A stretch of 64,000 bases of DNA from Octopus vulgaris (GCA_951406725.2 OX597816.1:66464001-66528000), one strand, 5' to 3'. Counted from the stretch's first letter, positions 40,154 to 53,703 are shown. Numbers and translations: made by a program. The notes: generated by a model not told the origin, from the sequence alone.

Positions 40154-40447
40154 TTAACAAAATAGATAAACATATACCTCACCTGCTCTTCTCCAGAACA
40201 ACAGCCAATCAAAATTCCCACTCACTATAACTGTTAGGTCTCACAATCTTTCGTGATCTCTCATAGTTACCACACATAATCAAAACTATTTCACATTACT
40301 TCAGTTCACCTATTGGGCAAAAAGCTATTACGTTATATAGAATATTACTTTTGATAAACTGGTGTTCTATCCCGTGGAGATTTATTTCCCATCCACTTTG
40401 GGCAACAAAACAGCAATTAAGCACCAGCCTGAAACTTTCGTCTTGAG

Positions 40448-40641
40448 CAGTGGTTCCCAAACTATGAGTCGCGACCCACAGATGGGTCGCGAACGGAATC
40501 TTAGTGGGTCGCAAAAAGTTATAAAATTACGCATTAGCTTTGATTAACTGCTGTCTATCGAGATAGTTCAGTAGAGTTAAGTGGGTCGTCATAAACTGGT
40601 GTTATAGTGGGTCGCTACTCTAAAAATTTTGGGAAAAACAG
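40448..40641. mobile_element. hAT (Charlie-like) MITE
   Basis: TIR cagtggttcccaaa / tttgggaaaaacag, 8-bp TSD gtcttgag / gtctggag, internal gggtcgc subrepeats. Confidence 0.8.
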
Positions 40642-42452
40642 GTCTGGAGAATTAGCAGGCATTTTCATTTTACTTTACAAAATCACATTCGAGTCACTTG
40701 ATTCACCCCACCCTATTTCAACATCCTCCCCACGATGACAACCAGGTCATCTATTTAGATGCAATGCAATAAACATCTAGTCCCAAGAACAATATTTTAA
40801 TTATTAAGCAAGGACATACTATCATTAGATGGGTAGAACCCCAGTCTATTGTTCACACCTACAGTGGGACATAGCAAAGATTCATTGAAAAATTATCCAT
40901 GAAAATTAAATCCATGTTGAGCGTACGTTGTTGATAACTTCTACATTCTTTTATGCAAACCATTTCGTTTTGAGTAGTTATTTCTATTGCAAAATGTAAT
41001 AAAAACAACATGAGGAAATACTAGAATCCTGCGTTGGTGAACGATGGCCAACTCGGACCAAACATTGTTGTCATATAACTAAAGCGAGATAAACTTCATA
41101 TTTATAGTTAAGATTCCTATCATACACTGGTAAAGAGAAAGATAAAACTTTATTCCATTATGCGCTTTAAAAATTAGTTTATGAAAATATTTAAGAAAAG
41201 AATCAAAAGACACAAGCTGTCGCTATGTGTAATTGTCACAACAAATTCCAATAATCACATGCTACATGTTTTACATGAAGACGAAAAAAAAAAAAAACAA
41301 CTAACATAAACACAGTCGTGTTATGTCTTTCAGTCGCAGTTCGACCCGTTTTTATTTTATCAGTCACGCACATTTTTAGGAGACGAAAGCGAATAATAAA
41401 ATGAGAGAAAAAAGAAAAGAATAAGATTATAGTCCATAAAATGACGCTTATCTGTAACTTTGGGTGGTGAGTATAACGAAAACATGCAGCTACAATTAAG
41501 ACCGTTAAATGTTTTGGGTTGTTATTTTTGTGCTAGTATTTTTCACAGACACAGATTATTTACTACGGTATCTTGAAATAAACAACTTGCGTGCGACCGC
41601 ATTCTACCAAGTTGGGATATACTAGAGGAAACCAAAAATAAACACACGCAATAAACTTGCGATATTCACGAAACAACTACCTGCTAGAAATATCAGTCTA
41701 ATTAATCGCCCTCAAACCTCACCCTAACATCTTAAAAAAAAAAAAAGGACATAAATAATGGCCTAGATACACTAGATAAAAAGTCGAGACGGTTACGGTT
41801 GCAGTGTGCTTGATCAAAGGTCTGGCCAAAAGATAAACAATAACAACAAGAACACAATGGATAATGTATTCCTTGATACACTATGCCAAAAGAAAAAAAT
41901 TATTAAGACTGGAACACCTGTGATTATCTCTGCTTGATGGGGAGGGTCTACCCAAATATATATATAAGTTCAGCAAAATTTAGATTCAGATGAATATGGT
42001 ACTTAAGTTAAAGGCACCAGAATTTTGTATGGTATTATCCATATAAATCAAATGGGGTGATTATAATCAAAATAAGCAACAAGTGTGTGTGTGCATGTAT
42101 GTATGTATGTATTTACGAGGCAATGCAATAACCTCAACGCGGTCGGTCGACTTGCTCGTAATAGAAGTCAAATTTCCTCAAACCACACCCACACGTATTA
42201 AAACTGAGAGGGACGCTTTGGACAACGTCGTAGATAAACAAAATAACGAGGGGGTAACGCCTGGTTACAGCTTCCACTCATAGACCTACTCATTTAGTTT
42301 CTGGACATGCCATAATAATTTACACCTATACACGCGCAGATACGGACATATAAGAATATATTTTAATTATTATACACCCTGATTTTACATGGATGAACGA
42401 ATGAGTATTAAATGGCAAGAACACGATGATATATTAATAATTCTGCAACCCG

Positions 42453-42499
<47 letters not shown>

Positions 42500-43973
42500 G
42501 GACAATCTCAATGATAAAGTAGATTTTCCATTGAATTATTCCGAAGGTCATTATTTCACATGTACATAACACGACACAATAATTGAAAACAAAAGAAAGA
42601 AGTTGACGAATAAATTGAGAGAGAACGTGTCAAAAACAGAGAAAATGATAAAAGGAAAAGGCAACAAAAGAACAAAGGTTTCTTCAACCTGTTAGCACCA
42701 AAATCTCCTTGAAATCATTTCCGGTCGTCATAAAAACTAACATGTATCATTAAGAGATGGCCACGGTTGAAATATTTCTGAACATAGGTATATACTTAAT
42801 CAGAGTTGACCTAGGAATAAACAACATTTTTCTTTTCCCTAATTGTGTGAATTTTTTAGTAATGTTTCTTTTTTTTTTCTTTTAAGACATGATAAGGTAA
42901 ACTATCAAGACACTCAGCTGATGTCTAGCATCTGGGCAATCTTGAAGACCTGTTATCACAGGCGTTCCATACCGCCTTCGATGAAAGAAGCGGCCTTCTT
43001 TTCACACAAAGTACACCTGGGACTAAGCTATACAATGTGCTATTCACCCATTTTTTAATATAGCTACGTTATAATTTAAGGGAGATTTTATTGTTATTCT
43101 TAGCTGGTCGGACGACAAGCACTTTCGTTGATTCCATACTATACTAACGGACAGAAAGACAATGTCGACCTAGGTGAGCTTTGAATTCAGGACCGAGAGG
43201 TATCAAACAAGAGAATTACTGGTTTGTCTGGGAAATGATGGGGTGGGGCATTCGTGTTTCTTGTAAAAGCGGTAACGCTGTAAAAGGAAACGGTTTAGAA
43301 AGGAATCGAAACAGAGTCGATTCAATTCAATAAGAACTACACCACGATATTAAACAGTAGTAATAGAAGGATTCTTTCGATTAATGCGTGGCTTCATTAA
43401 TAAGTTCGAGCAAGTGGCATGTTATTTTCATACCTACCCCCAAAGCATTAGCAAACGGCATAAGGTGAGTGAATTGTTTGCAGACAGGAACAGAAACCGT
43501 ATCGACTGTCGCTTACTCACAACAGCAATTCTATATTAATAGCCTCCTATGAAGGCACAAGACTAGAAATTTTTAAAAAACCGAAATACTTCACAACTAT
43601 TTATTTTATGGAACCCCAAAAGGTGGAGAGGTAAATTTGACCTCGACGGGATGCGAACTCGGAACTAAAGCGCTGTAACTAAAAACTGCAAGGCATTTTA
43701 GTCTGACGCTCCAAGCGATATTTCCAAAGTCAACATATTTTGTAGGGAGAGGTGCACAGTCAATGAAATCGACCCAATAGGGGTGAAAGCTAAGTCAACA
43801 ACCCTCAACGGGATCTTCACTCAGAACGTAACTGAATACAATTAAAAAGCTTTGTCTGCTGTCCTTAATCAGCCATCCGTAATAAACAAAACAAAACAAA
43901 AAAAGCATCTGCTTTGGGTATGAGTGTCGGAGAGTATGGCCAATGCGGTAGATACAAAGTATCAAGGATATTA

Positions 43974-44058
43974 AGCGGAGGTAAAGAATACGCACACCAC
44001 CCGTTTTCGGTGTAACCCTAACCCTAAACACCAAACGTGCGTATTCTTTACCTTCGCT
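43974..44058. mobile_element. 85-bp MITE with 9-bp TSD and central (TAACCC)2
   Basis: TIR agcggaggtaaagaatacgcac / gtgcgtattctttaccttcgct; TSD aggatatta at 43965-43973 and 44059-44067. Confidence 0.8.
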
Positions 44059-44622
44059 AGGATATTATTTAATCTTTGATGGACAAATTGAGGTTTTCCC
44101 TTTTCCCGTCGATATATCTAGTTTTTTTATGAAATTGTAAATTATAAATAAAATTCTGAGATAAGTGTCAGGTTTTAAACACATTTCAACTTTAAAACAA
44201 AAATGTGTCAAGTATTGTAATTCCGAGAATTAATGAGGTTGGCTTCATAGCAAGTAGCTGGACCTTAGTAGCGCGTTGGATATATACCAATATTCATATA
44301 AAATTACTACAAGTTATAATGAGAACAAAGGAGGGGGGATAATTTAAACAACAAAAATTAATTTGTACTTTTGCAGAACATTATTGCACTGTATTTACAA
44401 CTGACCAAGCTATTGTCGATGTATTTTGGTCATTCGACCCTGGGTAGAGTGAAAGGTAAAGTTGACTCCATCGAGAGTTGAACTCACAACGTAAAGGGAC
44501 GTAACTAAATACAAAACATTCTATCCACCGCTCTAACAAATCTGCAAACCACCACTCTTATATAACATATAACAATACAATAACAACAAAATATATATTG
44601 AATGACTTACTGTTTGCCTGTG

Positions 44623-44671
<49 letters not shown>

Positions 44672-45960
44672 CTATTGGAGGCTGGTTGGTTGATCGGCTG
44701 ATTGGTTGGTATAAAAATCACAGGTTTAATAATGCGAGGTGGCGATAGTACTGAGGACAATTTTAGGTAAGCAAAAAAGGTAATGCCAATCACGGTGACC
44801 GTGCAAAAAATGTACTTTGTTCATGTGATGAGATCTTCGCACAGCAATGTAGTACTTAGGTTTGCACATCATGCCTAAGCACGATAATCCTCGTTTTTAA
44901 TTATTAACAATAATGATGGTTAATAAATAAACATATTCCGGAATAACAGGTGAGGAGGGCGGGTTTTATAAATCAAACAACAAAACAAATAACAGGTCAA
45001 GAAATAGTCTGATGTTGATACAGTTCTTCCAATGACGTCCTTATCAGTGTTGTGGGTAAATTTTGAAGTATGAAGTAGGGTATAATGAAAATATCGCTAA
45101 CAGTTTTCATAACTATCTATCAACATTAATTCTTAATCCAAGTAGCACAATTACAAACAGCCTTCCTAGTTTGAATTCAAATTAGACTGATTATTTTTCT
45201 GCTCTTCTGACAAGTTTGCTTTGGTGTTTAGTTTCATTTATTAAACATGAATGGGTGTATGTTTTTTCTCTTTCAAACAAAAGTTTATCTCCGGTAATAA
45301 GTCTTTTTTCTATCACGTTTGAGTCAAAATCTACAACATAGTGTGTACATAAAGAGCTAGCGTACACGCACACACACAAAGATATTTTTAATAAGATAAA
45401 TGAAAATTAAAAAAACTAAGCTATTGAATTGCATAACATACCAATACAGGTTTGTTGTTGCCTTTTTCTTTTTTTTAAGAACACAGAAGCAGACAAAAAT
45501 CCACACTTTTCTTTAAATCATTACAAGACCTTTTCTCATTATACTTGGAAGACATTCATCGCAGAACACGGTCAACACACTTGTAACACTGGCTTTAGTA
45601 AATAACAGATAAATAAAGGGGGAGAGCTTTACGAAATCGATACAAGGAAACAAAATCAAAGATGAAAGTATTTTGTTCATTGAAACTGTAAAGTTTCTCT
45701 TTGTTTTTCCACTTTTTGATTGAAACAAACGCTTGCCTTAATCAGCCTCCGTTATTCTCGGCCCGCTACTTAAGAGCCATTTATCCTCAGATTCGTCCAA
45801 GTGGCGACACTGAACGGCAAAACTCGAGAGTAATCAAGGGAGGTTATGCGAACGCCTAGTTTTTTTTTTATCATTAATATTAATTGGCTTTACCTCCCTT
45901 TATTTCCGTGGCGATCTTACTTATCTTTACTCAACGTTCACTGCTCGTGAATGTTTACAC

Positions 45961-46248
45961 CAGTGGGTCTCAACCTTTTTTTTCTCTATTTTTTTGCCTG
46001 TGGACCTCCTTCGTTTCATTTTTCAATCGGATGGATCGCCGTAACCATTTGATGTTTAAAAATTCTATTATATGTTTATAATTTAATATTATTAGAAGGA
46101 AGTTGTTTTACACCTATTACACTACTTTTTGCTTTTGTGCCCGGATCAAACGCTTTAGTTTAACCCCAATTTTATTCCGCATAAATTTTAAAAACAAAAT
46201 CTTACATGGACCTCCAAGGGCTATATGGACTCCGTTTGAGAACCACTG
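45961..46248. mobile_element. hAT-like MITE
   Basis: TIR cagtgggtctcaac / tttgagaaccactg; no clear TSD. Confidence 0.6.
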
Positions 46249-46476
46249 CACACGGTCTTTTGACTTGCTAGAAACAAAAGTCAAATGTCTTTCAATTAGG
46301 AATTATGGATACATTGGATATTCTGATCCGGATAGCACAGAAGGTGGTTGATGAAAGAATCGTTAGAATCTTTCGGTTTTTCTTATGGCTCTTTACTTTC
46401 TGTGTTAAATTCTGCCTGGGTCAACTTGGTCTTTCGTCCTTCCTGGGTCAATAAAAAAAGTATTAATACCAATCAA

Positions 46477-47100
46477 GGGATCTTTACCTTTTGACCGACA
46501 GATTTTAAAAAATAATTTTTTGTAACTAATTACTTTCAAACTTCGGACACTGGTAGAATGTGTCATATAAAACTTAGCATTTTTGAGGAAAACTTATATT
46601 TATGAAGTTATTTCACGTTAAAGTTGTCCTATTTCGGTAATTTCAACCAATCAATGACGTATTCAGCTGAATAAAATTACTGCTGTTTGTCAATAAGAAC
46701 TTCCGGCAGTGTATGTTTCGTTTGTCACTGTTATTTATGACAACCCTAACCCTGACTCTAAAACCCTACACTAACCCTAAAACCCAAACCCTAATACCTT
46801 AAAACTAGTACAAACACACGAACGACGTCGTAAATAACAGTGACAAACGAAAAATACACCTCCGATAGTTGTTGACAAACAACAGCAGTAATTTTATTCA
46901 GCTAAATACACATTGATTGGTTGAAATTACTGAAATAGGACAACTTTAACATGAAGTAACTTCGTAAATATAAGTTTTTCTCAAAAATGCTAAGAGTAAA
47001 AGATGTTTTATAAGACACATTCTACCAGTGTCCGAAGTTTGAACGTGTTTAGTAACAAAAAATTATTTTTTAAATCTGTAGGTCAAAAGGTAAAGATCCG
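46477..47100. mobile_element. Long palindromic MITE with 6-bp TSD and degenerate (TAACCC)n centre
   Basis: About 265-bp inverted arms starting gggatctttaccttttgacc; TSD aatcaa at 46471-46476 and 47101-47106; inserted in a decayed SINE B. Confidence 0.85.
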
Positions 47101-47644
47101 AATCAAGTCTTGGGACCAATTTCTTCGACTCCAAATCAGGAGCTGGGGCCCTTAAATCTTCAAGTTCGTTCTGGCACCTCCTGCCACAACACTGATACCA
47201 AGATGTATCAATTCTTCATTTGAATGACATTGGTGGTATGGAGAAAAGAGATTTGATGCATAGGTCACTGCTGGTCTTTCATACAATCTTGGCATGGACC
47301 ACACCCCAGAATGGTACATTATTGATGCTTTACCGTGCTCCTGCAACACAAACTGAAGCAAGACTGTCCAGGTGCAGAACCATGTGCTCATGAAACTTAC
47401 AATTATGAAGAAGAAAAAAAGAGTGGAGGTGCTCAGCCAGGGCTGACCTGGGGCTAAATAATAACAGCAACATTTACGGTACACACCAACGGAGGAGCCT
47501 CTACACTGTCAGGACACCAGCTAGAAACAGTAGTCAAATGGTCCATAAATTACACTCTGCTATCTTAAAAGGGAAGGGTGCATCAGGTAATCTAGTTCGA
47601 GATATAGCATGCTAGTCAAGACAAAAATGGCGGGACAGTCACAT

Positions 47645-47870
47645 CTCTTTTACTCTTTTTACATGTTTCAGTCATTTGACTGTGGCCATGTAGGAGTACC
47701 GCCTTTAGTCGAGCAAATTGACCCCAGGGATTATTCTTTGTAAGCCTAATACTTATTCTATTGGTCTCTTTTGCCTAAGTTACTGGGACGTAAACACACC
47801 AGCATCGGTTGTCAAGCGATGTTGGAGGACAAACACAGACACACAAACGTATACACACACACACACATAC

Positions 47871-47927
<57 letters not shown>

Positions 47928-48095
47928 CATACATATATACGACGGGCTTCTTTCAGTTTCCGTCTACCAAATCTACTCACAAGGCTTTGGTCAGCCCGAG
48001 GTTATAGTAGAAGACACTTACCCAAAGTGCCACGCAGTAGGACTGAACCCAGGACCATGTGGTTGGTAAGCAAGCTACTTACCACGCAGCCACTT
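47645..48095 (-). mobile_element. SINE family A
   Basis: Reverse-complement match to 20868-21250 with expanded (CA)/(TA) centre. Confidence 0.85.
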
Positions 48096-48977
48096 CTACA
48101 TCTGGAAAACTTATGGTCATAATTCTACAGCACTTCAAGGTTTATCTTGGTCTAGACAAAATATTCACACCATTCATGGTTAAGAAAGCAAAGCGATACA
48201 CAAACACACTTAGAGTGCCATGCGTTCTCTTGAGTCACATCTTCACTTCAGTCAGACGAGACGCTGAAAAGAAAAACAAGAAAAAAAAAGGGACATTAAT
48301 AGGTTCAGCTCTTTCAAATATTTCAAATGCCATAAGTTGAAAGAATGCAATTTGCCTGCACTTGGCGATATTTCTACAGTGTACTTTATTCAGCCGCAGA
48401 CTTAGTAGCCCCTAGCTATACTGAAGCATCTTGGATATGTGAGTGAGAGAAAAACATTACTTTCTTTAGCGTCTGGTATAAGGTATCCTCCACTGGTCCA
48501 AGAACAAAGAATAAACCTATTGGGCTTCTTCATACCATCTACAGACAATCCCGCTCTGGTTCTGAGGGATGTGTGTGTGTATAATGAATAACTTCCTAGA
48601 TTCCAAGGCAGGATTTGAAACCAAATCTACACTGTTCTGCAAATTCCTTTCCTATTGTTCTCGGTTTTTATACTTACAAATTTATGAGAGTCAACTGTCA
48701 CACTTGGGTTCTATTGTTTAAGTGAATATTTTTCAGTTAAATACTGTTCAAGAGAGATAAACTCGTTATGTGTGTGTGTGTGTGTGTGTAACTAATTGGA
48801 CTTTGGGTGTATGTCTATTAGTATAACGATCAAAGCACATTCACCATTTGGACTGCTTGATGTCATCCATGGCTACTCTATAATTTTCACTGGATCTACG
48901 TCTGGAAATTTGCAATGTTTGTTAAGTTTATAATTGATGAAGGAAACGGAAGAAAGATTTAGTATGAGTCTTTATTC

Positions 48978-49084
48978 AGCATGACTATCGTTTCTACCCA
49001 TTCTGCATCTGTCCCATAGGTGTAGGATATTGTGCATCTAGTTGTGTCGCATCAATCAGTGCAGGCTGTGTCTCTTCAGGTGCT
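48978..49084 (-). ncRNA. Partly decayed type I hammerhead with long stem II, in a Penelope-like inverted-arm element (48929-49217)
   Basis: Minus: agcac CTGAAGA [78 nt] GAAA cgatag TC atgct; inverted arms 48929-48981 / 49164-49217. Confidence 0.55.
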
Positions 49085-49399
49085 TAGATGTAAAAAAAGC
49101 ACCCATCCTGCATCTGTCCCCTATGGGGAGGGGCAAATGCAAGATGGGTGGAACCGATTGTTGTGCTGAATAAAGATGCATACTAAATCCATTCTCCATT
49201 TCCTTCATCAATTTTATATATGTACTAGATGTACCCATTGGGTCACAATCACTCCAAGTTGAAAATGTTGATGTGCAGCTGGAAAGGAAAATCTACTATG
49301 TCAAGCTTCATGCAATAAAATTCTTAAATAACACAGTTCTCCTGCCCTTGGTGTGACAATATAAACGCGATCAAGTGTTACTTCTTTGAAAACGTTTAA

Positions 49400-49925
49400 A
49401 TGGCCTTCAGCATTTTTCCTCGTCTTCTTCTTTGCCATTTTTTGCTGCTACTGTTAGCGTAAAGCAATGTTTTTGCAAAGTCATCATTGATGCACAATGA
49501 AAAGAATTCTGTCAATGTTGTTCTTATACGTCATTCAATGACAGCCGTATGTATCCTCATTGTTTCTGAGCAATATTCTTTGTTCATCTGGTAGATGAAC
49601 TTGCAGTCTTACTATTACAGGTGCTCTTTCATGAAAGGAAAATCCTAAAATGGATGCAACTGCTTCGGATGGTCCAATATGCCTACCCATTTGATATTAA
49701 GTAATTTCGTTATCATTCTTTATTTGAACAGCAGCTTGGCCATTTCCTTTCAGCGTGTACTTGATGACGTACTTAATTGACCTCACTGTTGCAACGATTT
49801 CAACGTTGCTGTGGCATTTGAATGCTGTTAAAAGAGTTTCATTATAAGGTACAACCCATTTATTGTTTGTTTTTCCGTTCTTATGAGATTCAATTTCTCT
49901 CATTGCAACTGATCTTCGTCTATAA
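49400..49925 (-). pseudogene. Helitron RepHel fragment
   Basis: NKWVVPYNETLLTAFKCHSNVEIVATVRSIKYVIKYTLKG (Rep motif 3 YxxKY) continuing past a stop to GRHIGPSEA..FHERAPVIVRLQVHLP. Confidence 0.85.
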
Positions 49926-50719
49926 AGAGATAGTCTCTCTGTCTGCTTTTCTGCCTTTTGATTAAGATGATAAAGATTAATATTTTATTTAAAATTATAG
50001 TAATTTTCCCCTTTAAGAAAAAAACAAACAAGTACCCATGATTAAAAAAATATCTCATAAAAATATAGGGAGAATTTCTCTTTCAGTCCAATGATTAAGG
50101 GAAGAAAAAAGAAAATAAGAAAAGGACAGATGGTTCTAGCTTTTTGAAGTGTTGACATTTTCAACTTGGAGGAAATAACTATTTTATCTGTAATCTTTAT
50201 CATCTTAATCAAATGGCAGGAAAACAGACAGAAAAAAATGAAGGCCGACATGGTACAGTGAACATGTTTAGTTACAAGTGCCTTGAATGTAAGTAAACAT
50301 GTTCACTCAACCATGTCGGCCTTCATTTTGGGTGCAAAATATACTACTACATGACACTAACACACAGGGAAGCATTCATTCTCCACAAACACTTTACAGA
50401 AAATATTCAAAGCATTGTTTAGTACTACCACAAGACTTGATCAGTCGACCATGTCAACTTTAACTTACACTAAACATTGTCACTTGATACTAACACACTG
50501 AGTAAAACTTTACCTATCATCATCATCATCATCATTTAATGTCTGCTTTCCGTGCTGGCATGGGTTAGATGGTTTGACTGGAACTCATAAGCCAGAGAGC
50601 GGCACCAAGTACCAGTTTGATTTGGCATGGTTTCTACTACTGGATGCCCTTCCTAACGCCAATGACTCCGAGATTGTAATGAATCCTTTTTACATGACAC
50701 CCGTAACGGCCATGACTAA

Positions 50720-51267
50720 AAGCCGATTTATAGTAGCTTACCTTTCGACATATTTTAGAACATGGTTGAGTCCATAAAATAGGATTTGACTACACCTCCA
50801 TTTAGAGCACAGTTTAAGCTATCTTTTCATGGAAGAAGGTTTATGTTCCTATAACTTGTGTTAATTTTGTAACCCTATAAAATGGAAGATAAGAAAGTTC
50901 ATTTTCGGCACTTGATGCTTTGGGAACCAGACAAAAATTGCTGCAGCTCAGCTGGGATGTGTTACCCCACCCTCCATATTCACCAGATATTGCTTCTTCG
51001 GATTTCCACTTATTCAGGTCTCTGCAGAATAGTCTTAATGGTAAAAATTTAAATTCCTTGGATGATGTAAAAAGATACCTTGATGAATTATTTGCCATGA
51101 AACCCCCTCAATTCTAGGAAGAGGGTATTTTCAAGTTAAAGGAAAGATGGAAACGCATTGTGCAACAAAATGGTTCATAGTTGGTTGATTAAAAATGTAA
51201 TGGCAAGTATTTATTGGCTTTTTTCTTTCCTTTAAAAATTCGTATGAACTTTTCGGACAACCCAATA
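50720..51267 (+). mobile_element. Internally deleted mariner (DD34D)
   Basis: MEDKKVHFRHLMLW fused to WDVLPHPPYSPDIASSDFHLFRSLQN; right TIR gaacttttcggacaacccaata. Confidence 0.85.
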
Positions 51268-51529
51268 TTTTCTCACTCAAAATGTAAAGTGATGTCATCA
51301 AATACAAGGAAGCAGTTTGACATGTTTTTACTGATTCTGTTGTCCATCAATTCTGTCTCTCATCTGCTTAGTGTCTCAGAAAACAAAGATACACACAAGA
51401 GAAGCTTACATTTTGGATCAGCTACACAGACATAGCAGGAGTAAATAGGCACCTCTATAATCATTAAAATTTGTTTAAATCTGAAATTATACATTCAAAT
51501 TATTTATTAATAGTTATAAAGTGAATATT

Positions 51530-51850
51530 TAATATTTAGTAGAAATGACTTTTGCCTATTTCAATACAAGGACCCTACTGGGCATGTTACTGATCGAATG
51601 AATATTCTTTTGCGGAATTTCTTGCCAAGTTTCATGCAATAATCTCAAAAGATCTGGCTTTGAAGATGCTCTCTCCTTTTTATGAAGTGCCCTATCCATT
51701 ATGTCCCAGAAGTGTTCAATAAGGTTCACATCTGGTCACTGGCTTGGCCATGGAAGCTTTTTAATGCCATTCTCATCCAACAAATCTTGGGTCATTTTAG
51801 CTATATGACAAGGAGCCCCATCTTTCATAAATAAAGAGTCTTCTTTAATC
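51530..51850 (-). pseudogene. Tc1 (DD34E) transposase C-terminal fragment
   Basis: Minus translation KDGAPCHIAKMTQDLLDENGIKKLPWPSQ*PDVNLIEHFWDIM, D-34-E spacing. Confidence 0.8.
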
Positions 51851-52964
51851 AAATATGCTGTGATTAATTTTGCTTTTCATCCTTCCAGACGAGATCAATA
51901 TAGTTGATTTAACTAAAATTATCACTGATCCGAATTGAGAGTAACCTGAGAATCTAGATGCCTACATCAGCATTGAAAAAAATCCTGCGAAAAGGTATCA
52001 GAAACAAACCAAAACAAAAATGGTTATACAAAAGCAATAGCAGGAGAACACAGTTTATAGTAATGGTTTACTTATTGTCCATTAATCTCAAACATTTTGT
52101 CGTCTCAATACGAACTCCCAGATATTTGTGTTTTTATCTGGGATCACTTTTTCTTCTTTTTCTTTTCTCAATGGTTTTCTTCTGCAAGATCGAATTATTC
52201 CACATAATCCCAAGATAGGTGGTATTTGTTTACATTAGTATTATCACCACTTCAGTGAAGGCGTGTGGCTTAGCAGTTAGGATATTCACCTCACAATTGT
52301 AAGGTGGTGAGTTTGATTTCTACAAATGCCCAGATATTTGTGTTTTGAAACTTTTCAATGTGGTACCTATTGTCGCCTCACCTTTTCATAATTTTTATGA
52401 ACTGGATTGACATGGATAGCTGTTGTGGAAGTGGTATCACAATCAGTCGGTGTCTTCTTTCTTCTTCTTCCAATCAGGATTCACGCCATTAGCCACAAAG
52501 AATAATCTCTAATTCGAGCCTACTCTAAACTACTAAGAATGTGTGTGGCAACTTGAAGATCCACCCACCACACACGATAGACTGGCAGTTGCACGGGCGC
52601 GAAAGCTACGTTGTTATCTTCATTCCATAAATGGTGGCTTTTAATGGGTGGAGAGCTGAACCATCCTGGGGTACAGAGTATTGGCAATCTCACCTAGGGT
52701 CTGAAAGTTTACCACACCATAGTGGGTTACACCATGGTTCCTCTGCTTTGTGGCAGAAGTAGGAAGAAAGAGTGAGAGAAAGTTGTGGTGAAAGAGTACA
52801 GTGGGGTGTCCCCTCCACCCCAGGCCAGAGTCTCGTGGAGCTTAGGTGTTTTTGCTCAATAAACACTCACAATGCCTGGTCTGGGAATCAAAACCACATT
52901 CTTACAACCGCGAGTCCACTGCCCTAACCACTGGGCCATTGCGCCTCCACATCAGTCGGTGTTG

Positions 52965-53703
52965 GCTCGGTTGGCTGATATTTTCAGACAATATGGTGCT
53001 AGAAGGTTCATCTGAAGGAGATTTCCTGTATACACTGAATATATTTGCTGCTGAGTGCTGCAAGGCAGGGCTGAGAATTGGTGTTGCAAAGATTGAAACA
53101 TTGGTCCTCTTAAGAAAGTCTTTCCAGTCCACTCTGCATGCTAGTGAAACATCACTGAGACAAATGAAATTAAAGCAACTCCGGGCTGAATTGCTGGCAT
53201 GGCAATGTGCCAGTTCCCGTATTCGATCTTCTGATAAGAAAGCCAAACTTGTTATCCACAATTCGGTCTTTGTTCCCAGCCTCAACTATAGTCATGAATG
53301 TTGATTAATAATTGAAAGGGTGCAATTATGAATACAAGTGGTCGAAATGAAGTTCCTCTGAAAGATCTCCGGAGTAACATTACTTGATAAGATGCATGCA
53401 TGTCTTGGAGATGAGGGACTCTCCCCTGGTTGAGCCACTACTTCTCTGTATTGAGAGGTTACAGGAAAAAGTCACAAGATAGATTCTTCAAGCCAAACCA
53501 ACTGGCAGGAAGTTTTGGAATAGACGAAGACCAAGATGGTTGGATAATGTCCTTAGTCTCAGAGGTCACACTTGGGAATCCAGCCGGTAAGTCTAATGTC
53601 AGATGCTTCTGATAAGACCCAATGGAGGAGATGCCAGAGGACTCCACCCCAACAGCCTTCCCAGGAGTATTTGATGGTGGAGATAGATGAATGGATAGAT
53701 GGA
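52965..53703 (+). mobile_element. RTE-clade (Expander-like) LINE RT/C-terminal fragment
   Basis: LIFSDNMVL (FADD-like)..FAAECCKAGLRIGVAK..KAKLVIHNSVFVPSLNYSHEC; degenerate (GATG)n tail. Confidence 0.7.

Larger units (their letters stand above)
41000..47000 (-). promoter_or_regulatory. CpG-retaining region, candidate VPS13D promoter and non-coding exon 1 (about 45442-45790)
   Basis: CpG is visibly more frequent in non-repeat DNA here than in 1-40k; minus-strand donor TTG|gtatgt at 45441. Confidence 0.4.

Noticed and set aside
47718-48122. Recurring ORFs such as RRASFSFRLPNPLTRLWSARGYSRRHLPKVPRSGTEPGTMW (also 20883, 35312, 61212)
   Set aside because: Translations of the SINE A antisense strand, not a protein family
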